This document shows positions 58,980 through 64,000 of a DNA stretch of 64,000 bases, in pieces. The notes below the pieces were generated by a model. That model did not search any database and was not told where the DNA came from. It saw nothing but the letters and a program-made list of their open reading frames with translations. The translations under genes and the position numbers were made by a program. This DNA comes from Dehalococcoidia bacterium (lineage in GTDB: Bacteria > Chloroflexota > Dehalococcoidia > DSTF01 > RBG-16-68-14): positions 86,398 to 150,397 of the forward strand of contig JBBDXS010000011.1 in NCBI GenBank assembly GCA_040902195.1, in the 5' to 3' direction. Positions within the stretch are counted from its first letter, which is position 1. Every line of letters begins with the position of its first letter.

Positions 58980-60710
58980 ATGGTACGAGCCGTCTCGATA
59001 GCACTGCTCATCCTCTTCTGCGCGCTGAGCGTCCAGAGCGCGCCGCCGGCGCGCGCCGCCGCCTTCGCCGTCGATAGCGTACTGGACGCCGTCGATGCGG
59101 CCGCGGGCGACGGCGTCTGCGCCACGATCGAAGGAGACTGCACGCTGCGAGCCGCGCTCCAGGAAACGAACGCCCTGCCCGGCGCCGACACGATCTCGCT
59201 TCCCTTCGGGACGTACGAGCTCGCGATCGCGGGCCCGGACGAGGACGCCGCCGCTACCGGCGACCTCGACATTCTCGATGACGTGACGATTACCGGCGTG
59301 GACGCCGCGACGACGATCGTCGACGGCGGCGGGCTCGATCGCGCGCTTGACATCGACCCGCTGATGACCGGCGTGGAGGTGCAACTCGTTGGCCTGACGT
59401 TGCGAAACGGCAATGCCGCTGTGGGCGGTGGCCTTCGCAACGCCGCGATGCTCTCGATACGCGACAGCGTAATCGCAAGCAACCACGCGGACGCCGGCGG
59501 CGGCATCAACAACCGCAATGAAGGAACGCTCGACCTGCATGAGGTGCTCGTGGATGGCAACTCGGCTGGTACCGCCGGCGGCCTACAAAATGAGGGCATC
59601 GTGACTGTGCGTTCCAGCACGTTCACGGAGAACTCGTCCCAAGACGACGGCGGCGCCGTGATCAACCACGGGACGCTCTCGGCCACCGACTCCGCGTTCG
59701 CCGGCAACACGTCGGGCGACAACGGCGGCGCGTTCTGGGGCGACGGGACGCTCTCACTCGTCGACAGTACCTTGATCAACAACACCGCCGCGGACGAAGG
59801 CGGCGCCATCGTGAGCTTCGGCGGCAACGTAACGCTGACGCGGTCGGCGGTGGAGGGCAACCACGCGGGCCGGCTGCGCGGCGGCGGGCTCGTCAACTTC
59901 GGCTTGAGCACGATGACGCTCGTCGATACGAGGGTGCGCAACAACGCCGCGGCGACCAACGGCGGCGGCATCCTCAACAACGGCACGATGACGCTAGAGC
60001 GCAGCACGATCGATGCGAACACGGCAGGAGCGAACGGCGGCGGCATCCACGGCGATGCCGGCAGCTCGCTCTCGCTGCTCAACTCCACAATCAGCGGCAA
60101 TTTGGCGCCGGCCGGCGGCGGGATATCGAACGGCGGCACGCTGACGCTCGCCTTCTCCACCATCGCGTTCAACGCAGGGACTGGCGTGACGATAACGGGC
60201 GAGGCGCACGCGAATGGCACGATCTTCGCGAATAATACCGGGGCCAACTGCCAGGGCCTGGTTCAGTCGGAAGGCCACAATCTGGAAGATACATCCCTCT
60301 GCAATTTCTCATCGCCTGGCGATCTTAGTGGCGTCGATCCGCAGCTCGAGCCGCTACAGCCGGGCCTGACGGCCACGCACCCGCTCGGTCCGGGCAGCGA
60401 AGCCATCGACGCGGGGGGCGCGGACTGTCCCGCGACGGACCAGCGAGGCACCGCGCGGCCCCAGGGCGTCGCGTGCGACACCGGCGCGTTCGAGGTGGAG
60501 CAGGAAGGGCCGCAGGCTGGAGACGTGAACGGCGACGGGCGCATCGATAGCGTGGATGCGGCGCTCATCCTCCAGCACACCGCCGGGCTGCTGGACACGC
60601 TGGCCTATCCAGCGGCCGCAGACGTGAACCACGACGGACGGGTCGATAGCATCGACGCGTCGTTGGTCCTCCAATTCGCTGCGGGACTCATCGACAACCT
60701 ACCGGCTTAG
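58980..60710 (+). CDS. Secreted CSLREA-motif / parallel beta-helix (Pmp-like GGxxxN repeat) protein with C-terminal dockerin-like module
   Basis: Signal peptide. GDCTLRAALQETNALPGADTISL is a CSLREA-type N-cap. About 12 repeats follow of the form N.A..GGGI.N.GTL.L..S. C-terminus: [18 protein letters not shown]...DVNHDGRVDSIDASLVLQ. Confidence 0.85.
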   Translation: MVRAVSIALLILFCALSVQSAPPARAAAFAVDSVLDAVDAAAGDGVCATIEGDCTLRAALQETNALPGADTISLPFGTYELAIAGPDEDAAATGDLDILDDVTITGVDAATTIVDGGGLDRALDIDPLMTGVEVQLVGLTLRNGNAAVGGGLRNAAMLSIRDSVIASNHADAGGGINNRNEGTLDLHEVLVDGNSAGTAGGLQNEGIVTVRSSTFTENSSQDDGGAVINHGTLSATDSAFAGNTSGDNGGAFWGDGTLSLVDSTLINNTAADEGGAIVSFGGNVTLTRSAVEGNHAGRLRGGGLVNFGLSTMTLVDTRVRNNAAATNGGGILNNGTMTLERSTIDANTAGANGGGIHGDAGSSLSLLNSTISGNLAPAGGGISNGGTLTLAFSTIAFNAGTGVTITGEAHANGTIFANNTGANCQGLVQSEGHNLEDTSLCNFSSPGDLSGVDPQLEPLQPGLTATHPLGPGSEAIDAGGADCPATDQRGTARPQGVACDTGAFEVEQEGPQAGDVNGDGRIDSVDAALILQHTAGLLDTLAYPAAADVNHDGRVDSIDASLVLQFAAGLIDNLPA

Positions 60711-60782
60711 CGACCGATTTGGCGGCCAATCGAATGAGGGGCGGCTAGTGTAATTCGTCGCCCCAGAGCGTATCCTGAGACC

Positions 60783-61865
60783 ATGAGACGCCTGCGCGGC
60801 CGCCCGCGCCATCCCGATGTCCTAACGCCGCGCGAGTGGGAGGTAGCGTCGCTGTTGCGGCGCGGGCTGAGCAATCGCGAGATCGGCGGGCGGCTCGGCA
60901 TCAGCCACGCCGGCGCGAAGTACCACGTAGCGGAGATCCTTGGGAAGCTTGGCGTCCCGAGCCGTCTCGATGCGGCTGCGTTGCTCTCGGCGGGCGAGGG
61001 CGCCATTACGCCGGGCTTCGTCTGGCGAAGGGAGGAACCCATGTGCGACAATCGAGGCGTGGACGACCGTCCCATCGGCTTCTTCGACTCCGGCGTTGGC
61101 GGGCTGACCATCTGGCGCGCGACGAAGAAGCTCCTGCCAAACGAAAGTTTGATCTTCCTCGCCGACTCAGGCCACGTCCCGTACGGCGAGAAATCGACCG
61201 CTGAGCTGCGCGACCTCACAGTTCGCATCTGCCGCTTCCTCTTGAGCAAGGACGCCAAGATGATCGTCGTCGCGTGTAACACAGCGACCGTGCACAGCAT
61301 CTCCTACCTGCGCGAGACGTTTCCGGACGTGCCGTTCGTCGGGGTCGTCCCTGTCGTGAAGACGCTGGCGCGACAGACGCGCACCGGCACCATCGCCGTG
61401 CTCTCGACGCCGGCGACTGCGGCCAGCCCGTACCTGGCCGGCCTCGTCGAGGAGTTCGCGCCGGACAAGCACGTGATCAACATCGGCTGCGACGGGCTCG
61501 AGGACCTGGTCGAAGAAGGACGCGTCCGCACGCGGGCCGCGACGGCGCTGCTCGAGCGGCACCTGGCGCCGATACGCGGCAGCGAGGCGGACGTGCTTGG
61601 GCTGGGCTGTACGCACTACCCGTTCCTGCGTCAGCGCATCAAGCGCATCCTGGGACCGGGCGTACGCGTCTACGACCCGTCGCGCCCGGTCGCGCGGCGC
61701 GTGCGGCAGCTGCTGTCGCAGCGCGACGCCTTCGCGGGCGACGGCGCACCCACGTACGAGTTTTATACAACGGGCGATCCGGCCGTCTTCAAGCGCGTCG
61801 CGACAACGCTGCTGCGCTTCCCCGTCACTGACGCGGGCTACGTCGATCTGGAGGAGTGGGGCTAG
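60783..61865 (+). CDS. murI: LuxR/GerE-type HTH domain fused to glutamate racemase
   Basis: The N-terminus LTPREWEVASLLRRGLSNREIGGRLGISHAGAKYHVAEILGKLGV is a GerE HTH. From about residue 95: IGFFDSGVGGLT, VVACNTAT and LGCTHYPFL are MurI catalytic Cys motifs. Confidence 0.85.
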   Translation: MRRLRGRPRHPDVLTPREWEVASLLRRGLSNREIGGRLGISHAGAKYHVAEILGKLGVPSRLDAAALLSAGEGAITPGFVWRREEPMCDNRGVDDRPIGFFDSGVGGLTIWRATKKLLPNESLIFLADSGHVPYGEKSTAELRDLTVRICRFLLSKDAKMIVVACNTATVHSISYLRETFPDVPFVGVVPVVKTLARQTRTGTIAVLSTPATAASPYLAGLVEEFAPDKHVINIGCDGLEDLVEEGRVRTRAATALLERHLAPIRGSEADVLGLGCTHYPFLRQRIKRILGPGVRVYDPSRPVARRVRQLLSQRDAFAGDGAPTYEFYTTGDPAVFKRVATTLLRFPVTDAGYVDLEEWG

Positions 61866-61986
61866 AGCGCGTAGGTGCCGTACGCCCGATCATAACAGCC
61901 TCTTCTGCAGCTCCGTCGCGCATGACGACGGGGGCCGATCTGCACGCCGGCCGCCCCCGCGATGCGTATAAGCATATATCTGCCTA

Positions 61987-62016
61987 TTGACGCGCTACCC
62001 CCTCCTCCCCCATAAT
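61987..62016 (+). promoter_or_regulatory. Promoter candidate for the PadR operon
   Basis: TTGACG (61987-61992), an 18-nt spacer, then CATAAT (62011-62016). The -35 box coincides with the TTG that the ORF track used as start. Confidence 0.45.
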
Positions 62017-62025
62017 GCACGGGCA

Positions 62026-62385
62026 TTGAGACGAAAGGCCGGCGCACTACTATCGATCGAGATCGCCATCCTGCAGGCGGGGATCGCGGTGCTGCGCGGG
62101 AGCGACCCCGAGTTCCACGGGTACGCCATCGCGCGGGAAATACGCGACCAGGAAGGGGCTCGTAGCCTCACGGCCCACGGCACGCTGTACCGGGCGCTGG
62201 AGCGCCTCGAGGTCCGCGGGCTGCTGGCGTCGCGGTGGGAAGACCCGGAGATCGCCGCGGCCGAGGAGCGCCCGCGTAGGCGGATGTATCGCGTGACCGC
62301 CGAAGGCGAGGCGGCCGCGCAGGCCGTCGCGGCGGCGGCGAAGGCGCCGGCGAAAACCCTCAAGCGCGGACTGGCGGCGTCATGA
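62026..62385 (+). CDS. PadR family transcriptional regulator
   Basis: FHGYAIAREI...GTLYRALERLEVRGLL...RRRMYRVTAEGE. The start is placed at in-frame TTG 62026 downstream of the promoter candidate; the track start 61987 is the alternative. Confidence 0.75.
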   Translation: MRRKAGALLSIEIAILQAGIAVLRGSDPEFHGYAIAREIRDQEGARSLTAHGTLYRALERLEVRGLLASRWEDPEIAAAEERPRRRMYRVTAEGEAAAQAVAAAAKAPAKTLKRGLAAS

Positions 62386-63368
62386 GCAGCATCACGGCCG
62401 GCGGGGGCATGAGCGGCATCGCAGTCGTGGCGTCTCGAGTCGCGCGCGGCTGGACGGCCGCCTACACGCTGGGACTCGCCGCTCAAGTGCGGGACGCGCG
62501 CCGCGCCGAGATCGCATCCGACGTGTGGGAGCACCACCGCGATATCGTCACCGAGGAGCGCCCCATGTGGAGGTTCTTTGGGAGCGTATTTGGCCGCATC
62601 GTGCGCGGCGCACCAGCAGACGTGCTGTGGAGAGTGAACGTGGAGGGACCGAAGATGGACATCAAGATTCCGTTCGAGCGCATCGTAGGAGGATTGCTGC
62701 TGGCGATGGTCGTGCTGCTGATGATCACGACATCGATCAGCGGCTACGACACCGGCCGCGAGGGCTTCGATGGCGAGCTGCGCCGCCTGGCGGACATGAG
62801 CGGCGCCGCGCACAACGTCAACGCGTTCTTCCGTGCAATTACGGGCGTCGCGCTTATCGCCGCCGCCGCCGCGCTGTACACCAACCTAAAGGACCGCTCG
62901 CCGATGCTGTCCGCGATGGCAGCGTTCGGCATCGCTGCCGCCGGCGTGCTGGCGCTGATCGCCGGCGCGCTGCAGCTCGTCTTCGTCGAGCTGGCGCAGG
63001 AGTACGTGGCATCGACTGGCGCGCACCAGGAGCAGGTGCTGGTCACGGCACGAGGCTTCGCGGTGGCGACCGAGAACACGGTCGGCGGGGCGTTCATCGC
63101 GCTGGTGCTGAGCATCTACGTGCTGGCCATCCTCGCGGGTCGCGAGGCGCTCGTGCCGCGATGGCTCATCGGCATCCCGGTCATCAGCGCAGTGGTCATC
63201 GGCGGCTCGCTTATCGCGCAAGCTGTGGGAGCCGACCTCCAGTGGTGGATCCTGATTTCGGGCTTGTTCATGAGCGTGATCTGGCTGCTGATCGCGGGAC
63301 TGTGGCTGCTATTGTCGCCGAGCAAAGGCCGGGCGCCGGCATCGGCCGGGCACGCGGCGGCAATGTAG
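62382..63368 (+). CDS. Membrane protein co-transcribed with PadR (4-6 TM, DUF4386-like C-terminal half; tentative)
   Basis: ATGA overlap with padR. It has an N-terminal amphipathic region and then hydrophobic helices. Confidence 0.7.
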   Translation: MSSITAGGGMSGIAVVASRVARGWTAAYTLGLAAQVRDARRAEIASDVWEHHRDIVTEERPMWRFFGSVFGRIVRGAPADVLWRVNVEGPKMDIKIPFERIVGGLLLAMVVLLMITTSISGYDTGREGFDGELRRLADMSGAAHNVNAFFRAITGVALIAAAAALYTNLKDRSPMLSAMAAFGIAAAGVLALIAGALQLVFVELAQEYVASTGAHQEQVLVTARGFAVATENTVGGAFIALVLSIYVLAILAGREALVPRWLIGIPVISAVVIGGSLIAQAVGADLQWWILISGLFMSVIWLLIAGLWLLLSPSKGRAPASAGHAAAM

Positions 63369-63377
63369 GAGGACACG

Positions 63378-63479
63378 ATGAACGACACATCGATGAGGAC
63401 AATGTGGGTGCTGGGCCTGACCGCAGCGATCATCGTGGGCGTCGTCGGCCTGGCGATATTCGGCAGAGTCGACGTATAA
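63378..63479 (+). CDS. Candidate 33-aa single-TM micropeptide
   Basis: MNDTSMRTMWVLGLTAAIIVGVVGLAIFGRVDV. A strong SD (taggagga) lies 7 nt upstream, and it starts 10 nt after the previous stop. Confidence 0.45.
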   Translation: MNDTSMRTMWVLGLTAAIIVGVVGLAIFGRVDV

Positions 63480-64000
63480 GAGAGCCTTCGGTCGCGCGAT
63501 GCGCACAGCGCGCCGGTCGACGCGACGCGGGCGATACGCTCGTCCTCCACGACGACAGCCATCGAGGGCTGTCGGGCGCTGCCCGTGCAGTAGATAAGCG
63601 TGGTGTTCCAGAAGCCCGTCGAGCAGCACGGCGGCAGTATCGTTAGGAGAGCCGACGATCGCGAGGCGATCCGGAAGCGAAGCCTAGACGCATATTCGGG
63701 GACTGCGGCGCCCTGTGGGGCCAAAATGAGCCACGGTTTGCTGGCAGCCATTTATGTACCGTTTAGCGATTTCTTAACATCTCCGCCCTATCATGAGTCT
63801 CGAAGGGTAAACCACGGGAATTGCTCCCCCTCCCGTGGAGCACCCGCCGCAGGGGTCAGGATGTGTGCCCCGCTCCTCGCTTAATCGGAGCATGCATCCT
63901 GGCTCTTTCTCTTTGTCCCCCGCCTCTCGTTCGAGGTTGGAGGCTCGAGGTTCGGTGCCTCATCGGCCGACCAGCAAACCCGTACCGTACCAGCCGAGCT

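Noticed and set aside
54271-60247. Several 330-550-aa minus-strand ORFs (54271..55320, 55432..56421, 57882..59540, 58670..60247)
   Set aside because: All are antisense to the PD40 and beta-helix dockerin genes, whose repeat structure and signal peptides are clear. These are shadow ORFs.
63740-63900. Possible promoter plus structured leader or riboswitch at the window end (ccacggga...tcccgtgg stem, ggggtcagg...gccccgc)
   Set aside because: I could not match it to any riboswitch consensus I know. The downstream gene is outside or truncated by the window, so evidence is insufficient.

Overview
High-GC (about 65-70% by eye) bacterial chromosomal window, densely coding, with no rRNA, tRNA, CRISPR array, transposase or prophage seen. 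The best taxonomic hint is a 1614-aa DUF2298/'Chlor_Arch_YYY'-type membrane protein, which suggests Chloroflexota-like, but this is tentative. Content falls into six groups. (1) Two envelope-glycosylation blocks (1-8002 and 25616-33276): three GT2 glycosyltransferases, a nucleotide-sugar dehydrogenase, an epimerase/dehydratase, a methyltransferase, rmlD, and very large polytopic GT-C-like membrane proteins, one with PA14 modules and two that are clear paralogs. (2) Central metabolism: icd, mdh, a two-subunit class I fumarase, gap, eno, a glutamine-synthetase-family gene, an SDR and a crotonase. (3) A minus-strand thiamine operon behind a TPP riboswitch: thiD, an NCS1 permease, thiG, a thiE/tenI-like gene and a fused thiS-thiO, plus a second convergent thiE. 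(4) Two tandem alpha/beta-hydrolase + class III nucleotidyl cyclase paralogs. (5) The most unusual locus, 51726-60710: seven consecutive secreted repeat-fold proteins (one RCC1-like, five TolB/PD40 propellers, one CSLREA/parallel beta-helix). Every one ends in a two-segment dockerin-like module, and no cohesin or glycoside hydrolase is present in the window. A LuxR-HTH::glutamate racemase fusion follows directly. (6) Intergenic regions are a mosaic of at least four short dispersed repeat families. One family is also inserted in frame in both cyclase genes, and another sits at the thiS-thiO junction. All functional calls rest on motif recognition by eye and memory of protein families; no database search was run.
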